Assembly: GCA_039024555.1 (NCBI GenBank)
Contig: JBCCQQ010000021.1
Span: 22,454 to 86,453, forward strand
Direction of reading: 5' to 3'
DNA length: 64,000 bases
Source of the DNA: Cyanobacteria bacterium P01_D01_bin.156
GTDB taxonomy: Bacteria > Cyanobacteriota > Cyanobacteriia > Phormidesmidales > Phormidesmidaceae
In this document: positions 39,792-48,880 of the stretch, in pieces
How the letters are laid out: each line of letters begins with the position of its first letter
How positions within the stretch are numbered: the first letter of the stretch is position 1
Made by a program: the position numbers and the translations under genes
The notes under the pieces: generated by a model
The model's input: only the letters and a program-made list of their open reading frames with translations
Told to the model about the DNA's origin: nothing
The model's database searches: none

Positions 39792-41228
39792 ATGAGCACT
39801 AGCGTTCAGTCCGTTGTCAGCCAGCCCTACAAGTACGGATTTGTTACTGATGTAGAATCCGATGTTATTCCTCGTGGGTTAAGCGAGGATATCATCCGTT
39901 TAATTTCCAAGAAAAAGAACGAGCCGGAGTTCATGCTGGAATTTAGGCTTAAGGCCTATCGTCAGTGGTTAAAGATGACGGAGCCCAGCTGGCCCAATGT
40001 GAACTATGAACCCATCAACTATCAGGACATCATCTACTACTCCGCACCCAAGCAAAGTGAAAAGCTTAAGAGCCTAGATGAGGTAGATCCAGAAATTCTA
40101 GCCACGTTTGAAAAGCTTGGTTTGCCACTATCTGAGCAAAAGCGGCTAACCAATGTAGCGGTAGATGCTGTCTTTGACAGTGTTTCCATTGCCACCACCT
40201 TTAAAGAAGAGCTGGCAGAGCACGGCATCATCTTTTGCTCAATTTCTGAAGCAGTTCAAGAGCATCCTGAACTTATTCAAAAGTACTTGGGTAGCGTTGT
40301 TCCGTCAGCGGATAACTATTTCACAGCCCTTAATTCAGCTGTATTTAGCGACGGCTCCTTTGTTTACATTCCTGAAAACACCCAGTGTCCCATGGACCTG
40401 TCCACCTACTTCAGGATCAACAACGGTGACTCAGGGCAGTTTGAGCGCACCCTAGTGGTCGCCGATAAAGGTAGCTCTGTTACCTATCTGGAGGGCTGTA
40501 CTGCTCCCATGTATGACAGTAATCAGCTCCATGCGGCAGTAGTTGAATTGGTGACCCTAGATGATGCCAAAATCAACTACTCTACGGTGCAAAACTGGTT
40601 TGCCGGTGACAAGAATGGCAAAGGCGGCATCTACAACTTTGTAACTAAGCGAGGGCTGTGTTCCGGTAAGAATTCCAAAATTTCCTGGACCCAGGTGGAA
40701 ACCGGCTCGGCTATTACTTGGAAGTATCCTAGCTGTGTGCTGGTGGGCGACAACTCCGTCGGTGAGTTTTATTCTGTAGCCCTGACCAACAACATGCAGC
40801 AGGCAGACACGGGTACCAAAATGATTCATGTGGGTAAGAACACCCGCAGCACCATTATTTCTAAAGGCATCTCGGCTGGCAACTCAAAGAACAGCTACCG
40901 TGGCTTGGTAAAAGTAGGTCCCAAAGCAGAGAATGCACGCAACTATTCCCAGTGTGATTCCATGCTGATTGGTGACACCTCCAATGCCAATACCTATCCC
41001 TACATTCAAGTACAGAACAATACGGGCCAGGTAGAACACGAAGCATCCACCTCCAAGATTGGAGAGGATCAACTATTCTATTTTGCCCAGCGAGGCATTT
41101 CTCCCGAAGATGCTGTTTCCATGATCATCAGCGGCTTCTGTCGTGATGTGTTTAATAAGCTTCCCATGGAGTTTGCCGCTGAAGCCGATAAGCTGCTAGC
41201 CCTAAAGTTGGAAAATTCTGTTGGCTAG
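39792..41228 (+). CDS. sufB: Fe-S cluster assembly protein SufB
   Basis: [43 protein letters not shown]. Confidence 0.97.
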   Translation: MSTSVQSVVSQPYKYGFVTDVESDVIPRGLSEDIIRLISKKKNEPEFMLEFRLKAYRQWLKMTEPSWPNVNYEPINYQDIIYYSAPKQSEKLKSLDEVDPEILATFEKLGLPLSEQKRLTNVAVDAVFDSVSIATTFKEELAEHGIIFCSISEAVQEHPELIQKYLGSVVPSADNYFTALNSAVFSDGSFVYIPENTQCPMDLSTYFRINNGDSGQFERTLVVADKGSSVTYLEGCTAPMYDSNQLHAAVVELVTLDDAKINYSTVQNWFAGDKNGKGGIYNFVTKRGLCSGKNSKISWTQVETGSAITWKYPSCVLVGDNSVGEFYSVALTNNMQQADTGTKMIHVGKNTRSTIISKGISAGNSKNSYRGLVKVGPKAENARNYSQCDSMLIGDTSNANTYPYIQVQNNTGQVEHEASTSKIGEDQLFYFAQRGISPEDAVSMIISGFCRDVFNKLPMEFAAEADKLLALKLENSVG

Positions 41229-41271
41229 CATTTAAAACTATCGATTTTGATACCCTTTGTCCCACCCTTAA

Positions 41272-42054
41272 ATGATTAATCCAGACGCAAAAACGATTCT
41301 CTCAGTTAAGGATCTTCGCGCTAGCGTAGACGGTACTGAGATCCTTAAAGGTCTCAATTTAGAGATCAAAGCCGGTGAGATCCATGCCGTCATGGGTTTG
41401 AATGGCTCTGGCAAAAGTACATTCTCTAAAGTACTCGCAGGCCACCCAGACTACGAGGTTACCAGTGGCACCATTGAATTTAATGGCAAGGATATTTCCG
41501 AGCTGGAGCCCCACGAGCGAGCAACGGCCGGTATTTTTCTAGCGTTTCAGTATCCCCTAGAAATTCCTGGGGTGAGCAACCGTGAGTTTTTGCGAGTAGC
41601 TTACAATTCCCACCGCAAAGCCCGTGGTAAGGACGAGATCGATGTATTTGACTTCGATGATCTCATCGAAGAGAAAACCGACATTGTCAAAATGGATGTT
41701 AGCTTTCTCGACCGCAGTGTGAACGAAGGCTTTTCCGGTGGTGAGAAAAAGCGCAATGAGATTTTGCAAATGGCGCTTTTGGAGCCCACGCTAGCGATTT
41801 TGGATGAAACCGATTCTGGTTTAGATATTGATGCCCTTAAGACGGTGGCTGAAGGCGTAAACAAATTGGCTACGCCGAATAGCGCCAACCTAGTGATTAC
41901 CCACTACCAGCGACTACTTAACTACATCGTGCCGGACTATGTCCACGTAATGTGTGGCGGTCAGATTATTAAGACCGGTAGCCGAGAGCTGGCGTTAGCC
42001 CTTGAAGCTAAGGGATATGAGTGGCTGCTAGAAGAACAGGCGGTGGCATCATGA
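41272..42054 (+). CDS. sufC: Fe-S cluster assembly ATPase SufC
   Basis: [38 protein letters not shown]. Confidence 0.97.
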   Translation: MINPDAKTILSVKDLRASVDGTEILKGLNLEIKAGEIHAVMGLNGSGKSTFSKVLAGHPDYEVTSGTIEFNGKDISELEPHERATAGIFLAFQYPLEIPGVSNREFLRVAYNSHRKARGKDEIDVFDFDDLIEEKTDIVKMDVSFLDRSVNEGFSGGEKKRNEILQMALLEPTLAILDETDSGLDIDALKTVAEGVNKLATPNSANLVITHYQRLLNYIVPDYVHVMCGGQIIKTGSRELALALEAKGYEWLLEEQAVAS

Positions 42055-43337
42055 GTAGCGTATCAACAGCCGTTGCCCAGCGCGATCGCTACCTAAGTGC
42101 ACTTTTAGCTCAAGCTACTGAAGCGGCTAGTCAGTCATCTTTGGCTATTGATAATCTACGGGCATCTGCACGGGCCTTGGTACAGGAACAAACGTTTCCT
42201 TCCAACCGAGCTGAAGAGTGGCGGTTTACTAATCTCTCTTCCATGTTGGAAACAGAGTTTCAAGTGCCGTCAGCACTGGAAGAATCAGCCATAGCCCAGG
42301 CTAAGGGATTACTAACAGATGTGAGTCTGGATGCCGTTGCCAGCAGACTTGTTTTTGTTAACGGCACCTACGTTGCAGAGCTGTCTCAGCTTGCCGCAGG
42401 CATTACCGTTTTTAGTCAGCTGGATAAGCTACCTGAGGGTCTAGCCCAGGTACGCGGTAGTAATGAGGTATTTACGGCCCTCAACACCGCTGGCTTTACG
42501 GATGGAGCCGTGGTGCAGGTCACTAAAAACACGGTACTGGAGCAGCCGGTACAGATTGTTTACCTCACCGTTGGTGACGCATTATTGGTTCAGCCACGCT
42601 GTCTAGTAATTGCTGAAACCGGCAGTGCATTGACGCTGATAGAAGAGTTTCACGGTGTAGGGGCGAGCTTTACCAACAGCGTTAGTGAGATCTGGGTGCA
42701 GGACAATGCTGAGGTTACTCACCTACGACTCCAGCAGGAATCTACAGAGACGGTTCACATTGGTAAAACGGCTGTTTCCCAAGCGCGCGACAGTCGTTAT
42801 CGCACTACTGCGATTAATCTCGGTGGTTCCATTGCCCGTCATAACCTAGAGGTTTACCAAACGGGGCCGCAGACAGAAACCACCCTCAACGGCCTAACCG
42901 CTATTGGTCAACAGCAGCTGGCGGATACCCACAGCTTAGTGGCGCTCACCCATCCCCACGGCACGGCTGACCAGCTCCAGAAAAATATTATGGACGACCA
43001 GTCCCATGGGGTATTTAACGGTAAAGTCTATGTGCCCCAACAGGCGCAGCTAACTAATGCATCGCAGCTGAATCGCAATCTGCTGCTGTCCTCTAAGGCG
43101 CGGGTGGACACTAAGCCAGAGCTAGACATTGTGGCGGATAATGTTAAGTGCGCCCACGGTGCGACCGTAAGTCAGCTGGCACCGGATGAGTTATTTTACT
43201 TGCAAAGCCGAGGCATCAACCGCGATCAGGCACAGCGGCTGCTTGTTTATGCCTTTGCGATGGAAATTATTGAGCCGCTCCCCGTGGCTCCCTTGCGCGA
43301 TCGCATGACCCAATACATTCAACAATGGACAGTGTAG
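42051..43337 (+). CDS. sufD: Fe-S cluster assembly protein SufD
   Basis: [28 protein letters not shown] overlap with sufC. Confidence 0.95.
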   Translation: MSSVSTAVAQRDRYLSALLAQATEAASQSSLAIDNLRASARALVQEQTFPSNRAEEWRFTNLSSMLETEFQVPSALEESAIAQAKGLLTDVSLDAVASRLVFVNGTYVAELSQLAAGITVFSQLDKLPEGLAQVRGSNEVFTALNTAGFTDGAVVQVTKNTVLEQPVQIVYLTVGDALLVQPRCLVIAETGSALTLIEEFHGVGASFTNSVSEIWVQDNAEVTHLRLQQESTETVHIGKTAVSQARDSRYRTTAINLGGSIARHNLEVYQTGPQTETTLNGLTAIGQQQLADTHSLVALTHPHGTADQLQKNIMDDQSHGVFNGKVYVPQQAQLTNASQLNRNLLLSSKARVDTKPELDIVADNVKCAHGATVSQLAPDELFYLQSRGINRDQAQRLLVYAFAMEIIEPLPVAPLRDRMTQYIQQWTV

Positions 43338-43339
43338 GC

Positions 43340-44605
43340 ATGACTCTAACAATGGCGAAACCCCTCGCTGATGAGGTCCGGGCGGATTTTCCGATTTTGG
43401 ATCAAACAGTGAATGGAAAGCCTCTGGTGTACTTTGACAATGCGGCCACATCGCAAAAGCCCAGGGCTGTTTTAGAGGCTTTGGAAAAGTATTACCAGCA
43501 GGATAATGCCAATGTTCATCGGGGTGTGCACACACTGAGCGCCAGAGCGACCGAAGCCTATGAGGCCACGCGAGATAAGGTAGCGGCATTTATTCACGCC
43601 AGCAGTCGCGACGAGATTGTTTTTACCCGCAATGCCAGTGAAGCGATCAACCTGGTGGCCTATGCCTGGGGATTAAACAATCTAGAGGCAGGGGATGAGG
43701 TCATTCTGTCGGTAATGGAGCACCACAGTAATTTGGTGCCCTGGCAGTTGGTGGCCCAGCGTACGGGGGCTGTGTTAAAGCATGTGCAGCTGACTGATGC
43801 GCAAGAGTTTGACTTAAACCATTTTAAGGAGCTACTGAGCGATCGCACCAGGCTAGTGGCTATTAACCATGTTTCTAATACCCTGGGCTGCATTAATCCA
43901 GTAGAAGAGGTTATACAGTTAGCCCATGATAACGGTGCCAAGGTGCTGATTGATGCCTGCCAAAGTATCCCCCACATGGTGGTGGATGTGCAGGCCATCG
44001 GCTGTGACTGGCTAGTGGCTTCGGGCCATAAGATGTGTGGTCCTACCGGGGCTGGTTTTCTCTATGGCAAGCTCGATATTCTCAATGCGATGCCGCCCTT
44101 CTTAGGTGGTGGCGAGATGATCCAGGATGTTTACTTGGATCATTCCACCTATGCAGAACTGCCCCACAAGTTTGAAGCCGGGACTCCCGCCATTGCGGAA
44201 GTGATTATGCTAGGTGCAGCCGTGGATTACCTCACGGGCATTGGCATGGAGCGCATTGCCCAGTATGAGCATGAGCTGACGCGGTATCTGTACGAGCGGC
44301 TGGCGGATATTCCCCAGGTGAATCTGTATGGCCCCCAACCAAAGGCAGATGGTAGTGGACGGGCTGCGATCGCAACATTTACGGTCAACAATCTCCATGC
44401 CCAAGATTTGTCTACATTTTTAGACCAGTCTGGTGTTGCTATTCGTTCGGGGCATCATTGTACTCAGCCCTTACACCGTATTCTAGGTGTAGATTCTACG
44501 GCCCGAGCTAGCCTTTACTTTTACAACACCTACGCTGAAATCGACAGCTTTGTTGCCGCGCTAAAAGACACTATCGAGTTCTTTGGCAATATTTTTGAAG
44601 ACTAG
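43340..44605 (+). CDS. sufS: Cysteine desulfurase SufS
   Basis: [27 protein letters not shown]. Confidence 0.97.
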   Translation: MTLTMAKPLADEVRADFPILDQTVNGKPLVYFDNAATSQKPRAVLEALEKYYQQDNANVHRGVHTLSARATEAYEATRDKVAAFIHASSRDEIVFTRNASEAINLVAYAWGLNNLEAGDEVILSVMEHHSNLVPWQLVAQRTGAVLKHVQLTDAQEFDLNHFKELLSDRTRLVAINHVSNTLGCINPVEEVIQLAHDNGAKVLIDACQSIPHMVVDVQAIGCDWLVASGHKMCGPTGAGFLYGKLDILNAMPPFLGGGEMIQDVYLDHSTYAELPHKFEAGTPAIAEVIMLGAAVDYLTGIGMERIAQYEHELTRYLYERLADIPQVNLYGPQPKADGSGRAAIATFTVNNLHAQDLSTFLDQSGVAIRSGHHCTQPLHRILGVDSTARASLYFYNTYAEIDSFVAALKDTIEFFGNIFED

Positions 44606-44658
44606 GCTGTGAGGCGTTAACCTCAGAAGATTCTCTGGAAAGTGGCTACTAGCTTCTA

Positions 44659-44788
44659 GGCCCCCAACCTCGCAATCCTGGGGGCTTCAGAGACAGTACT
44701 GGGCAGGAAATCCTTTAAGTTAGTAGGGTCCTCATAGTTGAGATTTTTAATCTCGTTTCAAAGGCCCCAAAGTTTGGGATTGGGGGCT
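44659..44788. repeat. Degenerate C/G-run inverted repeat pair
   Basis: gcccccaacc..tcctgggggc and ggccccaaag..ttgggggc. Confidence 0.45.
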
Positions 44789-44935
44789 AAATGCTCTATG
44801 GCTTCACCGCACAACTTGGAAAGTTATAAACAGAGAGAAGTTAAAGCCGTTATTTTCAAGATTGTGATGAACGTGTTGGCGGGGTGTAAAACCGGTTGCT
44901 TGGGGCTCCTCCGAGTTCCCCAAACCCCTATGGGC

Positions 44936-44957
44936 AGGGCGGAAACCGCCGCCCTAC
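44936..44957 (-). repeat. GTAG-type REP-like palindrome
   Basis: Minus strand reads GTAG-GGCGG-cggttt-CCGCC-ct. Confidence 0.55.
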
Positions 44958-45252
44958 GACCCTCGGGCAAGAGGGCTTTGGTTAATAGCCTATTGGGTTG
45001 GGGGTGGTCGGTAAAGCGGTTTAGAATTTTACGCTCGGTCGCGCAAAATTCTAAAAAGGGTGATTCCATCGATGGTTTTCTAATCGATGCTCAAAGAAAG
45101 TTTTTTTACAGAGGTTTGATCTCCGTTCCAAGAATGCCAGACATGTCCATTAGACACTTTATGTTTTACGGTGTGGAGCATGATGGGTCGCAGCGTAACC
45201 CACATGACCAACTACTCCATCAATGGTTGTAGCGTTTAGCCAATAACCTCTT

Positions 45253-45447
45253 GTGCGACGGGAAACCCCAATATGCCTAAATGGGACGGCCTATATATTT
45301 CCGAGAAGGGACGTTGAGGTCCCCAGATCAGAGAGGTAAACCCCAGTTTGCCTAATTGGGAGAGCCTTGATACTTCCGAATAGGAGGGAAAGTCCTGAGC
45401 GTCCCTGTTCTCTATGTGCCGATGCTTAACCTTCCAAGTCGTTTCAC
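45253..45447 (+). ncRNA. Candidate structured RNA (or ssDNA element), family unassigned
   Basis: Nested stems with several G-U pairs on the + strand; duplicated 24-nt hairpin motif. Confidence 0.45.
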
Positions 45448-45661
45448 TGTCAGTGGTTTGGAGAAATGAATTCACCTTGCTAATCCTGCAGGACTTTGAA
45501 TCTTTTCTTTTTCCAAGATTAGTGAGCTTGAGGTACAAGCAACCAGTATTGGCTTTTTCGAGAAGACTACACAGGGTTAATAGCCACAAAAGTTAGCGAT
45601 TTGCGGCATATTCTGACGATGAATGCCATAGTCATGGAAAGTAGGTTTTCTATTTTAGGCT

Positions 45662-47932
45662 ATGGCTGATGATAAACCGTCAAGTCCTGAGCGTCGTTGG
45701 ATAGAGCATGCACTAAATGCATTTGCTCGTTGGGCTCCTCTGGGTGGTGGCGGATTTGCATTTGTTCATTTCCTCTCTCAGCAAGAATGGGGAATGTCCA
45801 TCTTGATGTTTCCAGTGACGGTAGTAACGGGCATCTGGGCAGCTTACACTGAAAATTTTGTAGCTCGATGCCGTGAGATTGCTAGTGAACGCGGACGCAA
45901 AGACGCTGATGCCATTGGTAATCGATTAAATCAAATAGATCAGGCCCTACAATGGCAGCTATCGGGTTTTGACGGCAAATATCTAGAACGGGTAAGCGCC
46001 GCCTGTTTGTATAGCGAGACCGAAGGCTATCGCCAGCCCGACGACATTAAGATCCCATTGCTAGAGGAGGTATTTGTCCCCCTCAAGTTTAGCGGCAGTG
46101 GCTTTAGCAAAAATGCCGCTGGGGATGTGGTGCCCTTTCAGATGGGAACCCAGTCAGAAGAGATTCAGAAACTGATGGGAAAACAGGGGAAGCAGGAGCC
46201 CTTAACCATTTGGGATATTCTCTCCCAGGCGAAGCAAGATCCGCGATTTCAATCGATTGCGATTTTAGCCTGGGGCGGGTTTGGTAAGACTACGCTAATG
46301 AAGCATCTGGCGTTTACCTATGCCCATAATCCTGGCAAAGTTAGAAGACTTAAAGCACCCAGGCTGATACCGGCACTGCTGTTCCTGAGAAAGTGGAAGC
46401 AGTTACTCACCCAGGAAACTCCGCCTACGTTACCCGAACTCATCGAAAACTATTACGTGCTAAGCCTGCCGGGGGCTGACGACTTGGCAATTCCTAAGGA
46501 CTGGGCAAAGACAGCCCTAGGCAATGGCAAACTGCTAGTGATGTTTGACGGCTTTGATGAAGTGGCCGAAGCGGATCGGCCCGCTATCAGTGAGTGGATT
46601 AGTGAGCAAATCCGCAACTACAGCGAGAGTGTTTTTATTCTCACCTCTCGACCGGGTGGCTATAAGCAATACACAGCCGAGAAACCTAAGACCAATGTGC
46701 TGGTAAATCCTTTTAACCAGGAACAACGGGAAGCGTTTGTTCGCAAGTGGTACGGCTGTCAGGAGCGCTATGGCCGCAGTCAGAGTAAGGAAAATGCTAT
46801 AGCTGTGGCGGCAATTGCTGACGAGAAAGCCAAAGATTTGTTGGAGCAAATAGAGGGCCGAGAAGAACTCCAGGCCATGGCAACCAATCCGCTGTTGCTA
46901 AATATGATTGCCACGTTTCATCGGTTTTATCCCGGCAGTGAGCTGCCCAGAAAGCGAGCAGAGCTGTATCAAGAGATTTGTCGGCTGCAGCTAGGGGATC
47001 GACCCAGGGCCAGACAGATTGATATGTTGTTGTCTACTGAGCATAGTCAACGGGTGTTGCAGTCCCTGGCGCTGGAGATGACTAAGCGAGAGGTGGAGAT
47101 TATTGCCTATGATGAGCTGCTGCCCCTGGTGGAGAGCTACGTAGCTAAGTTGGACGGTACCGTATTGGCAACAGAGCTAATTAAAAAGATCATTCGGGTG
47201 AGTGAGCTACTGGTGGAGCGGGAGCCCAGGGAGTATCAGTTTGCCCACAAGAGTTTGCAGGAGTATTTGACAGCGGCGGAAATTAAGCGTCAGGGGCTAG
47301 AGTCGTTATTGATTGAAAAGAATGAGGCTTGGCGAGGGACGGTGCTGCTATATGCGGCCCAGGTAACGCCGACAAGTTTGGTTGAAGGGCTGTGTGATGT
47401 GGGTGGAGAGCAGGCCCTGACCCTGGCCTATGACTGCTGGTACGAGAACCCGAAGCGGGTACCTGAGACGACCTATCGGCGGGTAATGGAGCTGAGCTAT
47501 GGGGTGTTAGAAGGGTATATGCGGGAGCGGCAGTGGCGAAAAGCAGATAACTACACCTATCGGGTAATGGTACAGGTGTGTAAACAGGAGTCTTATCTAT
47601 TGCTTGATAATTTACGAAACTTTCCCTGTGAGGACTTGAATAGACTTGATGACCTATGGCTGAAGTACAGCAATAACCAGCTAGGCTTTAGTGTACAGAA
47701 GGAAATTTGGGTTGATGTGGGTGGTAAGCTGGACTTTGGTAGGGATGGCACATCCGCAGTGAAGGCATTTGAAAAACTTGGAGACCAGGTCGGCTGGCGT
47801 ATTGATGGCAGCTACAACTTTCAAGGCCTTTATGATTTTCCAGAAAAAAAACCTGGGAGCCTCCCATCAGTAGATGTGGCGGGGGGTTGGCGGGGCGGTC
47901 TCTTCTCTCGCATCCAGGCTTGCAAAGTGTAA
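45662..47932 (+). CDS. TM-NACHT (STAND) NTPase with C-terminal GUN4 domain
   Basis: Hydrophobic N-terminus; Walker A GGFGKTT, Walker B FDGFDE, LTSRP, NPLLL, FAH.SLQEY; GUN4 'WRKAD..T','FPCEDL..LD.LW.KYS....GFSVQK.IW','VGWR','GSLP','LFSR...C'. Confidence 0.9.
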   Translation: MADDKPSSPERRWIEHALNAFARWAPLGGGGFAFVHFLSQQEWGMSILMFPVTVVTGIWAAYTENFVARCREIASERGRKDADAIGNRLNQIDQALQWQLSGFDGKYLERVSAACLYSETEGYRQPDDIKIPLLEEVFVPLKFSGSGFSKNAAGDVVPFQMGTQSEEIQKLMGKQGKQEPLTIWDILSQAKQDPRFQSIAILAWGGFGKTTLMKHLAFTYAHNPGKVRRLKAPRLIPALLFLRKWKQLLTQETPPTLPELIENYYVLSLPGADDLAIPKDWAKTALGNGKLLVMFDGFDEVAEADRPAISEWISEQIRNYSESVFILTSRPGGYKQYTAEKPKTNVLVNPFNQEQREAFVRKWYGCQERYGRSQSKENAIAVAAIADEKAKDLLEQIEGREELQAMATNPLLLNMIATFHRFYPGSELPRKRAELYQEICRLQLGDRPRARQIDMLLSTEHSQRVLQSLALEMTKREVEIIAYDELLPLVESYVAKLDGTVLATELIKKIIRVSELLVEREPREYQFAHKSLQEYLTAAEIKRQGLESLLIEKNEAWRGTVLLYAAQVTPTSLVEGLCDVGGEQALTLAYDCWYENPKRVPETTYRRVMELSYGVLEGYMRERQWRKADNYTYRVMVQVCKQESYLLLDNLRNFPCEDLNRLDDLWLKYSNNQLGFSVQKEIWVDVGGKLDFGRDGTSAVKAFEKLGDQVGWRIDGSYNFQGLYDFPEKKPGSLPSVDVAGGWRGGLFSRIQACKV

Positions 47933-48045
47933 CAGATAAGGCTTTTCGAGAATCATAAACAATTATTTCAGGGGCTAGATTCACCATTTTTCAGGGGTTT
48001 CTTCCACTCGATACCTGGCACCAGAAGGTTCTTTTAAGGTTCTTT

Positions 48046-48786
48046 TTACTTCTCTGGACGTTTATTCGCTTCGATAAATTTCTCGGTAACTCGCTTCACC
48101 TCATCTCGTTCTTCAACGCGGGCGTTTTCCCAAAGTTCCTGCTGCCCTGGCGAGGGTTTGCGTTTCCCTTTTTTTGGGATTAACCCCTTCAAAAGCTGGC
48201 TTCCCCAAGTACGCTTACGGTCTATTTTGGGCTTAGGCTGATACCTCACACAAAACCGCTTATAAGCTTCTGCACATTCATCCAAGCTAGCCCCCAGGTC
48301 TAAAAATGCTGGATGCCATTGGGTCAAACCATCCTGGGTTAATTGGTCATAGGTGCCATAGTTACTGAAATCATAGAAAAAGCCTCGCTGCATATTGGCC
48401 GCTTTAGGGTTGGCATGGATATACCGAATCGTATTCAATGCTCGACGATAGTCATTTCTGGGAAAACCACTGCTGTGATATCGCTTTTCCCAAAAGTGTC
48501 CTGTCCGATTGAGCATGCGATTAAAACACATCGCTGTATACCAATTTAGCCAATGCATCACATGGGATAAATCCTGGGGTTGTTGCGGTTCGATCAAATA
48601 ATGCACATGATTACTCATAATGCAGAGTGCATAAAGCTTAAAGCCATATTTTTTCTGACATTGCTGAATGGCATAGAGTAATACTGACCGACATTCATAG
48701 CGCAACAATCGAAATTCTCGATTGTTGCAACGAATAGTGATGTGATAACAAAAATTAGGGCAGAAAATACGATTAGGTCGTGACAT
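48046..48786 (-). mobile_element. REP-associated tyrosine transposase (RAYT; Y1/HUH, IS200-like fold)
   Basis: YHIT.R.NN, CIMSNHVHYL (HUH), GHFWE.RY, YIHANP (catalytic Tyr), 'FSNY' tail; no tnpB and no IS ends. Confidence 0.88.
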
Positions 48787-48787
48787 T

Positions 48788-48879
48788 ATTCAACCAACGT
48801 AGGAATGTTGGGTTAATACAATTGTTGGAATCGTATGACGGAATTCAATGGTAGGCAACCTAACCCACGTTTGTTGAAT
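48788..48879. repeat. Long imperfect inverted repeat filling the spacer upstream of the RAYT
   Basis: attcaaccaacgt...gttgggtt ... aacctaac...acgtttgttgaat; GTAG tetranucleotides in both arms. Confidence 0.6.
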
Positions 48880-48880
48880 T

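Noticed and set aside
44915..44946. GTTCCCC...GGAAAC segment resembling a CRISPR direct repeat in leader-like DNA
   Set aside because: Only one copy, no spacers and no cas genes; better explained by the overlapping REP-like hairpins.
45384..45395. GAGGGAAAGTCC resembling the RNase P RNA P4 motif
   Set aside because: The motif is imperfect, and the 3' partner (AGAACCCGGCTTA-like) and the rest of rnpB are absent.
44738..45596. ORFs 44738..45232, 44824..45069, 45236..45589 and 45414..45596
   Set aside because: No recognisable motifs, weak starts, and overlap with palindromic non-coding structure.
45253..45660. Group II intron (starts with GTGCG)
   Set aside because: No recognisable domain V/VI and no RT ORF; at most a remnant.
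45662..47932. Classical DGR target
   Set aside because: No reverse transcriptase or template repeat in the window; I found no second copy of the GUN4 3' end. A remote DGR cannot be excluded.
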